Notes: generated by a model not told the origin, from the sequence alone. A stretch of DNA of 44,522 nucleotides from Elusimicrobiota bacterium (GCA_038060535.1 JBBTHA010000128.1:1-44522); one strand, 5' to 3'; shown: positions 1 to 8,935, counted from the stretch's first letter. Made by a program: numbers and translations.

Positions 1-569
1 TCCTCGACGGTGATGTTGTCGTCCTCGGAATCGATCGGAGCGTCGAAGGAGCCCATTCCCTTGGCCGCTTCGGCGGCGTCGAGCACCCCCCGAACCTGCC
101 GGGCCGTCCAGTGCATCGCGCGGGCCATCTCGGCTAGCGACGGGTCCCGGTCGAGCTTCAGGTGCATCTTCTCCCACATCTTCAGCCATTTGCGCAGGGC
201 CTCCCAGGCGTGAGGTGGGATGCGGATCGTCTTCGACGTTTCTTCCACGGCGCGGCGGATGGACTGTTCGATCCAATAGGAGGCGTAGGTCGAGAAGCGG
301 TAGCCCTTCGAGGGCTCAAATTTATCTATGGAGTGCATCAAGCCCAAGTTGCCCTCTTCGACCAGGTCCATGAAGTCGATGCCCTGGCGGTGATATTTCT
401 TGGCGATGGGAACCACCAAGCGCAGATTCGCCTCCATGATCCGGGATTTGGACGCGTGGTCGCCTTTCTTGGCTTTCTTCCAGAGCTCGTGCATCTCTTC
501 GCGGGTGACGAGAGCGAGCTTCTGGATGCCTTTGAAATACTGGCTGATAGTGTCGGTGGACGGTTCCAT
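1..569 (-). CDS. RNA polymerase sigma factor, sigma-70 family (5' portion, about 189 codons; 3' end lies beyond the left edge)
   Basis: Absent from the ORF track because no stop lies in the window. Hand translation of the reverse strand from ATG 569-567 gives MEPSTDTISQYFKGIQKLALVTREEMHELWKKAKKGDHASKSRIMEANLRLVVPIAKKYHRQGIDFMDLVEEGNLGLMHSIDKFEPSKGYRFSTYASYWIEQSIRRAVEETSKTIRIPPHAWEALRKW... This carries sigma region 1.2/2.1-2.4 motifs (LVVPIAKKY, DLVEEGNLGLM, RFSTYASYWI) and the start of region 3. Confidence 0.85.
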   Translation of the reverse strand, partial: MEPSTDTISQYFKGIQKLALVTREEMHELWKKAKKGDHASKSRIMEANLRLVVPIAKKYHRQGIDFMDLVEEGNLGLMHSIDKFEPSKGYRFSTYASYWIEQSIRRAVEETSKTIRIPPHAWEALRKWLKMWEKMHLKLDRDPSLAEMARAMHWTARQVRGVLDAAEAAKGMGSFDAPIDSEDDNITVE

Positions 570-584
570 TGTATGATGAGCCCC

Positions 585-869
585 TTATTCGATCACAAAT
601 CCCCGATCGCCGCGCGCGGCGATCGGCCGCATTTCGATCGAATCCACTCGGGCTGAAGGATGATCTTCGCGCAAGCGCTTGACGAACTCGTTGAGCGAGC
701 GCTGCGTTCCTTCCACCTCGGCTTCGACCGACCCATCCTCCCGGTTGCGCACCCAGCCCGAGAGGCCGAGCGTCGAGGCCGTTTCCCGAGCGAACCACCG
801 GAATCCGACCCCTTGGACTTGTCCGAGCACCCTAAGGTGTCGACGCGTCAAGGGGTCGATGGTTGACAT
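585..869 (-). CDS. acyP: acylphosphatase
   Basis: 94-aa ORF. RRHLRVLGQVQGVGFRWFARETASTLGLSGWVRNREDGSVEAEVEG carries both acylphosphatase signatures (V.G.VQGVGFR and GWV.N..DGSVE). Confidence 0.9.
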   Translation of the reverse strand: MSTIDPLTRRHLRVLGQVQGVGFRWFARETASTLGLSGWVRNREDGSVEAEVEGTQRSLNEFVKRLREDHPSARVDSIEMRPIAARGDRGFVIE

Positions 870-942
870 TCTAGTGATTTGTCAAGAGCCTGCGCAAGTG
901 GTTCCTGGCGCCAAGACGGCGGATCTCGTCTCGCCGATAAAG

Positions 943-1018
943 TGGTCGGGGTACCCAGGCTTGAACTGGGAACCTCTTGGTCCCGAACCAAGCGCTCTGC
1001 CAATTGAGCTATACCCCG
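943..1018 (-). tRNA. tRNA-Pro (anticodon CGG)
   Basis: The reverse complement folds by hand into a cloverleaf: acceptor CGGGGTA/TACCCCG, D stem GCTC/GAGC, anticodon arm CTTGG-TTCGGGA-CCAAG (CGG, G37), 5-nt variable loop, T arm CCCAG-TTCAAGC-CTGGG, discriminator A, CCA encoded. 76 nt. Confidence 0.9.
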
Positions 1019-1051
1019 GTGTGCGTCTGGCACCTCATGCCGCGCCCGCGA

Positions 1052-1123
1052 TCGGGGACACAGGAATCGAACCTGTAGCCTCTCCCACCCCAAGGGAGCG
1101 CTCTACCATTGAGCCAGTCCCCG
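1052..1123 (-). tRNA. tRNA-Pro (anticodon GGG)
   Basis: Reverse complement: acceptor CGGGGAC/GTCCCCG, D stem GCTC/GAGC, anticodon arm CTCCC-TTGGGGT-GGGAG (GGG), variable AGGCT, T arm ACAGG-TTCGATT-CCTGT, discriminator A. CCA not encoded. 72 nt. Confidence 0.9.
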
Positions 1124-1168
1124 ACCGCGGGCGCGACGCGGCCGGTCGCCGGCCGAACTCGTCAGAGT

Positions 1169-1197
1169 ATTCTAATTTTTTGTCCACCCCGACGCAA
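1169..1197 (-). promoter_or_regulatory. candidate sigma-70 promoter for the tRNA-Pro pair
   Basis: Minus strand TTGCGT (1197-1192), 17-nt spacer, TAGAAT (1174-1169). The -10 ends 45 nt upstream of the mature 5' end of tRNA-Pro(GGG). Pattern match only. Confidence 0.45.
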
Positions 1198-1225
1198 CTG
1201 GTTACTGGCGGCTGGTTACTGGCGG
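1198..1225. repeat. perfect 14-nt tandem duplication spanning the stop codon of the MerR-family gene
   Basis: CTGGTTACTGGCGG occurs at 1198-1211 and again at 1212-1225 with no mismatch. The second copy contains the TAA stop (1218-1216, minus strand). Confidence 0.9.
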
Positions 1226-1590
1226 CCCATCTCTTCGAGGATCGCCTTGAGTTCTTTGCGGACCTCGCGCAACAGCTTGTTGTGCGGGCCGTCGGCGCCG
1301 GCGGGGCGAGTGAGCGGCGCATCGAACCCGCTTTTTGCGCGCCGTCGATCGATGAGTTCCCGGCGGGCTCCCGCGACGGTCATCTTGCGGCGCTGAATCA
1401 GTTCTTTGATCTCGAGAATGAGTTCGATGTCGGAGCGGCTGTAGCGCCGGTGGCCTCCGGTCTTGCGGGCGGGGCGCAAGTCTCCGAAGTGATTTTCCCA
1501 GTAGCGCAGGGTGTGAGGCGGCACTTGCGCCAGGCGTGAGGCGTCTCGCATGGTGAAAAAGTCCCCATCCGGAAGGAACGGCAGTTCCAC
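1216..1590 (-). CDS. MerR family transcriptional regulator
   Basis: 124-aa ORF. FTMRDASRLAQVPPHTLRYWENHFGDLRPARKTGGHRRYSRSDIELILEIKELI is a MerR-type HTH-wing pattern (..LRYWE....P.R...G.R.Y...DI..L..IK.L). Confidence 0.85.
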   Translation of the reverse strand: MELPFLPDGDFFTMRDASRLAQVPPHTLRYWENHFGDLRPARKTGGHRRYSRSDIELILEIKELIQRRKMTVAGARRELIDRRRAKSGFDAPLTRPAGADGPHNKLLREVRKELKAILEEMGRQ

Positions 1591-1594
1591 GCTG

Positions 1595-1855
1595 TTACTC
1601 CAACAGATTCTTCGAAGCCTTGAACCGGACGCCTCGGCGGGGAGGCACGCTGACCTGTTCTCCGGTCTTGGGATTGCGTCCGGTCCGCGGCTGGCGCGCC
1701 TTGACTCGGAACGTTCCGAAGTTCGAGATCACGACTTTGTCGCCTTGATTGAGCGCTCCGCGGATAGTCTCGAAGGTCGTTTCAACGGCCAAAGCGGCCT
1801 CTCCCTTCGTCGTCAGCACTTTTGCGACGGCTTTGATGATATCCAGTCGATTCAT
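1595..1855 (-). CDS. hup: HU/IHF-family nucleoid DNA-binding protein
   Basis: 86-aa ORF. MNRLDIIKAVAK...GDKVVISNFGTFRVKARQPRTGRNPKTGEQVSVPPRRGVRFKASKNL has the HU arm motif (R.GRNP.TGE...P....V.FK.SK.L). Confidence 0.9.
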   Translation of the reverse strand: MNRLDIIKAVAKVLTTKGEAALAVETTFETIRGALNQGDKVVISNFGTFRVKARQPRTGRNPKTGEQVSVPPRRGVRFKASKNLLE

Positions 1856-2436
1856 TGCGCGTCTCCTCCGTCTTTTTTCTTCGGGGGCTCATTGCCCCCG
1901 GGGTTCTTTTTCAAGTCCTTGAAGATGTCTTCCGGCCTTAGGTTTTTAAGCTCCTCTTTGAATTTCGAGACCTCATCCTCGGAGATGGGCTTGGTCAGCG
2001 TCTGGCAGCGTTCGAAAACGGTTTCATGCACCAAGATCGGGCAGCCGGCGCGAACGGCGATGGCGATCGCATCCGAGGGGCGGCTGTCGAGCTGGACCGT
2101 CGTCTTGCCGTTGGAGGCGTGGACGCGAGCGTAAAACGTATTTTCCTTGATGTCGCTGACGACGATTTTTTTGACTTCGTAGCCAAGCTCTTGAATGGCC
2201 GACAGCAAGAGGTCGTGAGTGAGCGGCCGGGGCAGCACGATGCCGGAAAAGCGGATGGCGATGGCTTGGCCCTCGGTGATGCCGATCCAGATCGGAAGAA
2301 GACGTTTGCCCTCGAGTTCCTCGAGGAAAATAATGCATTCGCTGACGGTCGTCGCCAACGAGTAGATGCGGACTTCTTTTTCGCCCTTGGGAGGATCGGG
2401 CGCCTTGTCTTTATCGTTCTTTTCGCCTTTGGCCAT
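1852..2436 (-). CDS. bifunctional nuclease (DUF151/BFN) family protein
   Basis: 194-aa ORF. The core (CIIFLEELEGKRLLPIWIGITEGQAIAI...RPLTHDLL...FYARV...LDSRPSDAIAIAVRAGCPILV) matches the DUF151 pattern. Lys-rich tails at both ends. ATGA overlap with hup (1852-1855). Confidence 0.75.
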   Translation of the reverse strand: MAKGEKNDKDKAPDPPKGEKEVRIYSLATTVSECIIFLEELEGKRLLPIWIGITEGQAIAIRFSGIVLPRPLTHDLLLSAIQELGYEVKKIVVSDIKENTFYARVHASNGKTTVQLDSRPSDAIAIAVRAGCPILVHETVFERCQTLTKPISEDEVSKFKEELKNLRPEDIFKDLKKNPGGNEPPKKKDGGDAQ

Positions 2437-2449
2437 AGTCCCCCTCCCC

Positions 2450-3454
2450 CTACTCCCCCGGCCTGAACCCTAAGGCCGTCAACACTCCGCGGGCGTCGGC
2501 GCCGCGGGTGGCCCGCCAGATTGAATCGATAAGGGGGGCGTTGACTTTGTGCCGCCGGCACAACTGCCGAGCGCAGGCGACGGCCTCCAGTCCCTCGACG
2601 ACGGTCGGAATCTGCGCCAAGGCTCGCGCCGGAGTCAATCCTCTGCCGAGCTTTTCTCCGAATGTCCGATTGCGCGATTGCGCCGAGGTGCCGGTCGCGA
2701 TCAGATCGCCCAGGCCCGCGAGCCCGTAAATGGTGTCGGCCCGGCCGCCTCGCGCGGAGATGAGCCGGCCCATTTCCGCAAGGCCCCGCACAAGCAGGGC
2801 GGCCTTGGTGTTGGCTCCGGTTCCAAGTCCGTCCAAGATGCCCGCGCCGATGGCGATGGCGTTCTTGAGGGAGCCCCCGAGTTCGACTCCGACGCGATCT
2901 CGGCTCAGTTCCACGCGCAGGGCTCCTCCGGTGAAAAGGCGTGCCAGTGTCACGGCCGCGGCGCCGCCGGGGCCGCCCAGCATCAGGCACGTCGGAATTC
3001 CTTGGGCGACCTCGCGCGCGAAGCTCGGCCCCGTGAGAGTCCAGACCTGTTTTCGCAGGGCCGGCAGCTCGCGTTCGATGACGTCTCCCATCGTCGAGAG
3101 CGTGACGGGTTCGACGCCCTTGGCGGCGTTGACGGCGCGGGCGCGAGCCGACACAAGCGCCAGGCCCCGGATTTTTCTCGCCGTGGCCGCGAGCACCGTC
3201 GAGGGCAGGGCGAATATCAAAAGTTCGGCGTCGCGACAGGCCATCGCCAGGTCATCGGTGACCACAACCGAGCCGTCCAGGCGCAAGCCGGGGACATGCG
3301 CGTGCCGCCGCGTGCGCGTGAGCGTCGCCGCCAACGACGGGACGAATTCCCACAGTCGCACCCGAGCTTTCTTGCCCGCCAGCTGTTGAGCGAGAACGAC
3401 GCCCCACATGCCCGCGCCCAAGACCGTCGCGCGAAAATTCACCATAAATTTCAA
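2450..3454 (-). CDS. gpsA: NAD(P)H-dependent glycerol-3-phosphate dehydrogenase
   Basis: 334-aa ORF. N-terminal GAGMWG dinucleotide fold, and a LKNAIAIGAGILDGLGTGANTKAALLVRGLAEM block typical of GpsA. The true start could be the second Met (3445). Confidence 0.9.
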   Translation of the reverse strand: MKFMVNFRATVLGAGMWGVVLAQQLAGKKARVRLWEFVPSLAATLTRTRRHAHVPGLRLDGSVVVTDDLAMACRDAELLIFALPSTVLAATARKIRGLALVSARARAVNAAKGVEPVTLSTMGDVIERELPALRKQVWTLTGPSFAREVAQGIPTCLMLGGPGGAAAVTLARLFTGGALRVELSRDRVGVELGGSLKNAIAIGAGILDGLGTGANTKAALLVRGLAEMGRLISARGGRADTIYGLAGLGDLIATGTSAQSRNRTFGEKLGRGLTPARALAQIPTVVEGLEAVACARQLCRRHKVNAPLIDSIWRATRGADARGVLTALGFRPGE

Positions 3455-3461
3455 TGCAATC

Positions 3462-4784
3462 CTAGCATTCGGCCAGGCGGGACTGCAATCGACGCCAATT
3501 TTCCGCCGTGACTCGAAGGCGAAAACGAATGGTCCCCCCCACGATCAATCGTTCGATGATTTGCGCCGACTCGTACACTCTCGCCGTCCACTCGCCGGCT
3601 TTCTCGGCGGGAGCGTCGATTTCTCGTAGAAGCCAGCGCTGGGAGAGACTGTGTTCGACCAACCTCAGCGCGTCGTTCAATCCGCTGCCGCCGGTCGCGG
3701 ACATAAACGCCGCCTGCGGGTGCCGGCGCGCCAGATCCTCGCGTTGGGAGGCGTCCAATAAATCGATTTTGTTGAAGACGTCGACTCGAGGGATATCGGC
3801 CGCGTTCAGCTCCTCGAGGGTTTCGACGACGCACACGCGTTGGCTTTCAAGCTCCTTGGAGGATGCATCATGCACGACCAGGAGGCAGTCGGCGGCCTCG
3901 ACTTCTTCGAGAGTCGAGCGGAACGCCGCGATCAATGTCGTGGGCAGACGTTGAATAAAGCCGACCGTATCGGTGATGACGGCCCAGCCGCCGCCCGGCA
4001 GACGAACCCGGCGCGAGGTGGGATCGAGCGTGGCGAAGAGCTTGTCGTCTGCGTAGGCGGAGAGTTCTCCGGTGAGAGCGTTGAGGAGGGTCGACTTGCC
4101 GACGTTGGTGTAGCCTACGAGCGCGACTTGGGGGACAGGCACGCTCGCGCGCCGGTCCCGGCGCAGGCGGCGGCCGGCGCGCACGCGCTCAAGCTCGCGG
4201 TGCAGATGCTTGATCCGAGATTGAATGTGCCGGCGCTCATATTCCAACTTGCGTTCGCCCGGGCCGCGGGTTCCAATTCCTCCGGCTTGCTGCGAGAATT
4301 CTCGCCAGGCTCCGGTCAATCGAGGAAGCATGTAGGAGAGCTGGGCGAGTTCGACCTGCAGCCGTCCTTCGCTGGTGCGCGCTCGTCTGGCGAAGATGTC
4401 AAGAATCAGTCGCGTGCGGTCGACGACCTTCGTCTTGGGCAGAGCGAGCTCCAGGTTTTTTTGCTGTCCCGGTGAGAGTTCAAGATCGAAGATCACCGTG
4501 CCCGCCCGCAGCCCGGCGCACATCCCCGAAATTTGGGCGACCTTCCCGTGCCCGACCAGAGTGGCGGGGTTGAACCGGCTCAAGGCCTGAGTGGTTTCGC
4601 CGACGACGAGCGCTCCCGCCGTTTCCACCAGGCCTTTGAGTTCGCCGAGGCTTGAGCGGATGACCTCGGTCTGCGATTTTGGGCCGACGCCGATGAGAAC
4701 GGCGCGCTCCAAAGGAGCTCGGGTTTCTAGCGGCTTCAGTTGAGCAGAACCTCGGGCATGGCCTGCTGAAGCAGGCGCCGCCAT
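3462..4784 (-). CDS. hflX: GTPase HflX
   Basis: 440-aa ORF. HflX N-domain (ERAVLIGV...), coiled linker, G1 GYTNVGKSTLLNALTG, G3 DTVGF, G4 NKID. The listed ATG start overlaps the upstream gene by 49 nt, so the start is uncertain. Confidence 0.9.
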   Translation of the reverse strand: MAAPASAGHARGSAQLKPLETRAPLERAVLIGVGPKSQTEVIRSSLGELKGLVETAGALVVGETTQALSRFNPATLVGHGKVAQISGMCAGLRAGTVIFDLELSPGQQKNLELALPKTKVVDRTRLILDIFARRARTSEGRLQVELAQLSYMLPRLTGAWREFSQQAGGIGTRGPGERKLEYERRHIQSRIKHLHRELERVRAGRRLRRDRRASVPVPQVALVGYTNVGKSTLLNALTGELSAYADDKLFATLDPTSRRVRLPGGGWAVITDTVGFIQRLPTTLIAAFRSTLEEVEAADCLLVVHDASSKELESQRVCVVETLEELNAADIPRVDVFNKIDLLDASQREDLARRHPQAAFMSATGGSGLNDALRLVEHSLSQRWLLREIDAPAEKAGEWTARVYESAQIIERLIVGGTIRFRLRVTAENWRRLQSRLAEC

Positions 4785-6268
4785 CGACTCGAGGTCGCGG
4801 CGACCATGGCGTCGAGAGGAGCGAAGTCATCGCTGAGAATGGGAACCTCGTCGAGGGCGGCGGGGGACGGACTCAGTTCGCGGCTGATCATGAGCGCGAT
4901 ATCCTTGGAGACGCGATCGGACGCCGGCGGCGTTTGGGCGTCGAGAGAGCCGGCGGAGGCGAAAAACAAGATGTTGGCCAGTTCTGAGTTGGAATCGCCG
5001 CCGATGAAGACCCGTACGTGGGGAAACGAGGCCGAGAGGGTGCGAAAAACCGATTTCCAGGGCCGGTCATTGGGGCCGGACGTGATGCTGATGAGATTGA
5101 CGGCGAAGACTCCATCGGGGGTAAGCCGCTCGCGCACCTGCGCGAACGCTTCGAGCGTGAAAAGATGAGTCGGAGGAGACTCTGAGCCGAAGGCGTCGAG
5201 GAAAATCAAGTCCCATGTTTCGGGATGCAGCCTCAACAGGGCGCGTCCGTCTCCGATGAGGACCCGTCCGCGGGGCTTGAAGCCGAAATTCTTGCGCGCC
5301 GTTTCCTCGATGGCCGGGTCGATTTCGATGGAGTCGACGACCAATCCCCGACGTTCCAGGGCCTTGGGCAATAGACCGGCGCCAAGGCCGATGACCAGGG
5401 CGCGCGCCGCCTTCGGCCGCAACGCGCGCGACCACTCCAGAGCATGGACGTACTGCGATTGGCTTTCTCCATTCTTTTTTTCCATCACGGATTGACTGGT
5501 TCCGTTGACGAGAAGGTATCGATGGTCGGCCGTGTCGAAAACGGCGATGCGGCCATAGGCCGATTCGCGCGCGACGAGGTTCGAGTTGGGCACAGCGGTC
5601 GGGCGCACGACCAGGCACAGACACGCGGCGCAGGCCGCCAACTCTCCCAGGGGCAGCGCGCGCGACGACAGCCATGACCCCAAGGCGCCGAGTGCCAGCA
5701 AAAGAGCCGCCGCGGCGAAAAGAATTTTGGAGATCGGGAACATCGGAATCAACACGAAGCCCGTCAGCATCGCGCCCGCCACGCTGCCCGCCGTCGAGAT
5801 CGCCCAGGTATCGCCGCTGCGGCGTCCGGAATCTGCGGCTCCCGTGGCGGTCAACCTCACCGCCACCGGGCCCAATGAGCCGAGCAGCGTCAATGTGGGC
5901 CCGATCAAGACGCAGGCGCTGGCCAACGCTCCCAGGCGGATGCCCAGCGGCAGACTGGCCGTGAGAACGGGAGAGCGCAGCCAAGGGATCGCGGCCAACG
6001 TCAGGCCCGCGGCGGTCAACAATCTGGCGAATTGAGTCAGGTGGGGATAGCGGTCGGCCAAACGGCCTCCCCAGGCGTAGCCGATCGCCAAAGCGACCAA
6101 GGTCACGGTGATCATGGCCGACCACGTATAGATCGACGACCCGTAAAACGGGGCGATGAGGCGCGAGCCCGCGATTTCGAGAACCAAGCAAACCGCTCCG
6201 GAGAGGAAGACGCTCGCCATCAAGTACGGAGCGGTCGCGGGAGAGGTTCTAGGCTGAGGTTTTTTCAA
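4736..6268 (-). CDS. fused membrane domain / spermidine-synthase-like (polyamine aminopropyltransferase family) protein
   Basis: 510-aa ORF. About 220 aa of repeated hydrophobic helices, then SAM-MTase/SpeE-like motifs (ALVIGLGAGLLP, VLIGDGRALL, WDLIFLDAF). An alternative start MASVF (6220) would remove the overlap with miaA. Confidence 0.7.
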   Translation of the reverse strand: MKKPQPRTSPATAPYLMASVFLSGAVCLVLEIAGSRLIAPFYGSSIYTWSAMITVTLVALAIGYAWGGRLADRYPHLTQFARLLTAAGLTLAAIPWLRSPVLTASLPLGIRLGALASACVLIGPTLTLLGSLGPVAVRLTATGAADSGRRSGDTWAISTAGSVAGAMLTGFVLIPMFPISKILFAAAALLLALGALGSWLSSRALPLGELAACAACLCLVVRPTAVPNSNLVARESAYGRIAVFDTADHRYLLVNGTSQSVMEKKNGESQSQYVHALEWSRALRPKAARALVIGLGAGLLPKALERRGLVVDSIEIDPAIEETARKNFGFKPRGRVLIGDGRALLRLHPETWDLIFLDAFGSESPPTHLFTLEAFAQVRERLTPDGVFAVNLISITSGPNDRPWKSVFRTLSASFPHVRVFIGGDSNSELANILFFASAGSLDAQTPPASDRVSKDIALMISRELSPSPAALDEVPILSDDFAPLDAMVAATSSRWRRLLQQAMPEVLLN

Positions 6269-7172
6269 AGGTCGCCTCCCAGGCGCTCAAGGCTTGCGCC
6301 AACAATCGATCGGCCCCCAAAGCGGCATCGAGCGGAGTCGAAGGCAACTGATGCCTGAACCAAGTTCGTTGTCGCTTCGCGTACGAGGTCGTGGCGTTGA
6401 TCATTCTCTGGAGCCCGTCCTCGGACGATAATCGCCCTTGCAGACAGGCCCTGGCTTCGGGGTAGCCCAGACTGCTGAAACCGGGCTCGACGCCGGTATA
6501 CTGCGACGGCACCAAGGATTGGAACTCGCGCAGCAAGGCGGGCCACATCGTTCGAGCGCGGGCCGCGATCCGCGCGCGCTCGTCGGCTGGCGTCGTTTCC
6601 AATCGCAGGATCAAATCCGCGGGCATGCCGCGGGTTCGGCCTTCTCTCCAATGCGTGGAAATCGGCTTGCCGGTCAGTTCCAGGACTTCGAGGGCGCGCA
6701 GCACGCGCTGGATATTGGCGGGAGGAATCTCCGCGGCGGCGGCGGGATCGGCCTCGGCCAGGCGCGAGTGCAGGGCTTGGCGGCCCAGGCGTTCGGCTTC
6801 CTTGAGGAGGCGAGAGCGCACGGCTTCGTCTCTCGCCGGCAGAGGCGAGAGGCCTTCAAGCAGAGCCTTCAGATAGAGTCCGGTGCCGCCGCAAACGATC
6901 GGCACCTTGCCTTGGGCTCGAATGGAGACGATCGCAGCGGCGGCTTCCTTTGCCCAGCGGGCCGCGTCGAAGATTTCACCGGGGTCGGCGCAGTCGATAA
7001 GCCAATGGGGGACTTTTGAGCGTTGCGACGCGCAGGGCTTGGCCGTCGCCGCGTCCAGACGCCGGTAAACCTGTCGCGAATCGGCCGAAACGACCTCGCC
7101 TCTCAACTCCAGGGCGAGAGACACGGCCAAGTCGGTCTTGCCGGAGGCGGTCGGCCCGACAAGGACGATCAT
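6249..7172 (-). CDS. miaA: tRNA dimethylallyltransferase
   Basis: 307-aa ORF. MIVLVGPTASGKTDLAVSLA...VVSADSRQVYRRLDAATAKP is the MiaA P-loop plus DSxQ(V/I)Y signature. Confidence 0.9.
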   Translation of the reverse strand: MIVLVGPTASGKTDLAVSLALELRGEVVSADSRQVYRRLDAATAKPCASQRSKVPHWLIDCADPGEIFDAARWAKEAAAAIVSIRAQGKVPIVCGGTGLYLKALLEGLSPLPARDEAVRSRLLKEAERLGRQALHSRLAEADPAAAAEIPPANIQRVLRALEVLELTGKPISTHWREGRTRGMPADLILRLETTPADERARIAARARTMWPALLREFQSLVPSQYTGVEPGFSSLGYPEARACLQGRLSSEDGLQRMINATTSYAKRQRTWFRHQLPSTPLDAALGADRLLAQALSAWEATFEKTSA

Positions 7173-7176
7173 GAGA

Positions 7177-7638
7177 TTATTGCTTGGGCCAGTGTTGAGT
7201 CTTGACCGGCTTGGCGCAAAGCGTGTGGAAGCGGCAGTTGGGAACGCAGGCCTCGGGTAGACGCAGGGCCACTCGAGTTTCGCAATCGGCGTTGTCGTTG
7301 GCCATCGACTCGATGCGGTCTTGGATCCGTTTGGCGATTTTCACGAACGACAACCCCACGCTGTAGGTTTCCCCCTTGCGCAGCACGCGCAGGATCGACG
7401 CCTCGATGGGAATTCTCTCGAGGCCGGGGATGGACAGCATCAGGTCGAAGGACTTGGCGTGCGGAGGCTCAAGGAACATGAGAAGCGACATGCCTCCGGC
7501 GGAAAGATCGGTCATGATCGCGGGCTGTTTTTTTACCACGCCGTCGCCGAGTTCGATGGTGATCGGCTCGATCATGCCCTCCACGACGCTGAAGCGTCGG
7601 TGCTTGCGGCGTTCTGCTCCGCTTTTCTTATCGGTCAT
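7177..7638 (-). CDS. PilZ domain protein (predicted c-di-GMP receptor) with Cys-rich C-terminal tail
   Basis: 153-aa ORF. RRKHRR (RxxxR) at aa 10-15 and DLSAGG (DxSxxG) about 30 aa later. GGGGAG RBS 4-5 nt before the ATG. The tail carries C-x11-C-x3-C-x5-C. Confidence 0.8.
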   Translation of the reverse strand: MTDKKSGAERRKHRRFSVVEGMIEPITIELGDGVVKKQPAIMTDLSAGGMSLLMFLEPPHAKSFDLMLSIPGLERIPIEASILRVLRKGETYSVGLSFVKIAKRIQDRIESMANDNADCETRVALRLPEACVPNCRFHTLCAKPVKTQHWPKQ

Positions 7639-8935
7639 GTCTCTCCCCTTGCAACACGCGCTTGGTCATTGCGGCGATGCGGACCGCCACCAAGCCTCCC
7701 GGCGGCCCGTCATGATCCCACGATACCTTAAAACCGTCCCGCGTGCGCCCGAAGCCTCCTTGCTCGTCCAAGACCTCGACGACCCGACCTCTTCGGGCCT
7801 TCAATGCGTCCTCGGTCAGCGCGTCGCATAGGCTGTTGAGCCGCTGCAGCCGATCTTCTTTTACGTCCGGCGGCACGTCATCGTCCATAGACGCCGCTTC
7901 TGTGCCCTCGCGGGGCGAGTACTTGAACGTATAAGACCACGACGGTCGAAGGGCTTCGACGAGATCGAGCGTTCGTTTGAAGTCGTCTTCGCTCTCCGAC
8001 GGGAATCCTACGATAATGTCTGTGGAGACTTCAACGTCGGCGATGGCCGCGCGCAGGCGCGCGGCCTTTTCGAGAAACAACCCGGCGTCATAGTTGCGCC
8101 GCATGATTTTCAGCAGGCGGTCGGACCCCGATTGGGCGGGCAGATGCATCTGCTCGCAAACGGTCGGAGTCTCGGCCATCGCGGCGATCAATGCATCATC
8201 AAGGAAATAGGGGTGCGGGCTTTCGAAGCGGACTCGTTCGATTCCCTCGATCGAACCGACGCGCCTTAAGAGCTCGGGAAACCGGATCGTGCGCGTTCCG
8301 TCATGGACGCGATAGCTGTTGACGGTTTGTCCCAGCAGGGTGATCTCCTTGGCCCCCGCGGCCGCCCTGGCGCGGGTTTCCTTGAGGATGGTTTCGATCG
8401 GCCTGTAGATTTCTCGTCCGCGCACGGCCGGGACGATGCAGTACGAGCAGGAGTAATTGCAGCCGCGCATGATGGTGACGAACGCGCAACATGGCGAGGA
8501 CCAGCCCGCGGGGACTTCCGGAGGTCCGGTTTCGGGGGAGAAGTTCCGTCGAGTTTCTTCCAGGGCGTTGAAGCGGTCGGCGAGGACGTTTTCGACGATA
8601 ACGGGATAATCATCGATCGACTTGGCACCCACGACCAGATCGACGTGCGGGAAGCGCCTTTGAATCCCGGGTCCCAGGCGTTCGGCCGCGCATCCCGCCA
8701 CGATCAAGACCCGGCTCGGGTCGACGCTTTTCCATTTTTTCAGGCGGCCGATGAACGACATGGCTTTATCCTCGGCGTGTTGGCGCACGGTGCAGGTGTT
8801 GAGCACGATGGCGTCGGCATGAGCTGAATCCGCGACGGGGATAAAGCCTCGATCGGTCAAGGGCGCCGACAGTTCGCCCGCGTCGGCCGCCGACATTTGG
8901 CATCCGAAGGTGACGACATGCAGGCGCATCGTCAT
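7628..8935 (-). CDS. miaB: tRNA-2-methylthio-N6-dimethylallyladenosine synthase
   Basis: 435-aa ORF. UPF0004 N-domain (VVTFGCQMSAADAGEL), radical-SAM CNYSCSYC (CxxxCxxC), C-terminal TRAM-like segment. GGGAG RBS. ATGA overlap with the ASCH gene. Confidence 0.9.
   Translation of the reverse strand: MTMRLHVVTFGCQMSAADAGELSAPLTDRGFIPVADSAHADAIVLNTCTVRQHAEDKAMSFIGRLKKWKSVDPSRVLIVAGCAAERLGPGIQRRFPHVDLVVGAKSIDDYPVIVENVLADRFNALEETRRNFSPETGPPEVPAGWSSPCCAFVTIMRGCNYSCSYCIVPAVRGREIYRPIETILKETRARAAAGAKEITLLGQTVNSYRVHDGTRTIRFPELLRRVGSIEGIERVRFESPHPYFLDDALIAAMAETPTVCEQMHLPAQSGSDRLLKIMRRNYDAGLFLEKAARLRAAIADVEVSTDIIVGFPSESEDDFKRTLDLVEALRPSWSYTFKYSPREGTEAASMDDDVPPDVKEDRLQRLNSLCDALTEDALKARRGRVVEVLDEQGGFGRTRDGFKVSWDHDGPPGGLVAVRIAAMTKRVLQGERHDR

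Noticed and set aside
870-885. Perfect TTGACA (minus strand, 885-880) just upstream of acyP, and a TAGAAT overlapping its ATG
   Set aside because: The two hexamers are only 6 nt apart, so they cannot form one promoter. TAGAAT overlaps the start codon, so a transcript from it would lack the ATG. An alternative TTGCGC-18-TAGAAT pairing has the same problem.
1995-2990. 331-aa minus-strand ORF spanning the DUF151 nuclease and gpsA genes
   Set aside because: The composition is Arg/Pro/Gly/His-rich and low in complexity, typical of an off-frame read of high-G+C coding DNA. It overlaps two ORFs with clear family motifs, and no motif of its own is recognisable.
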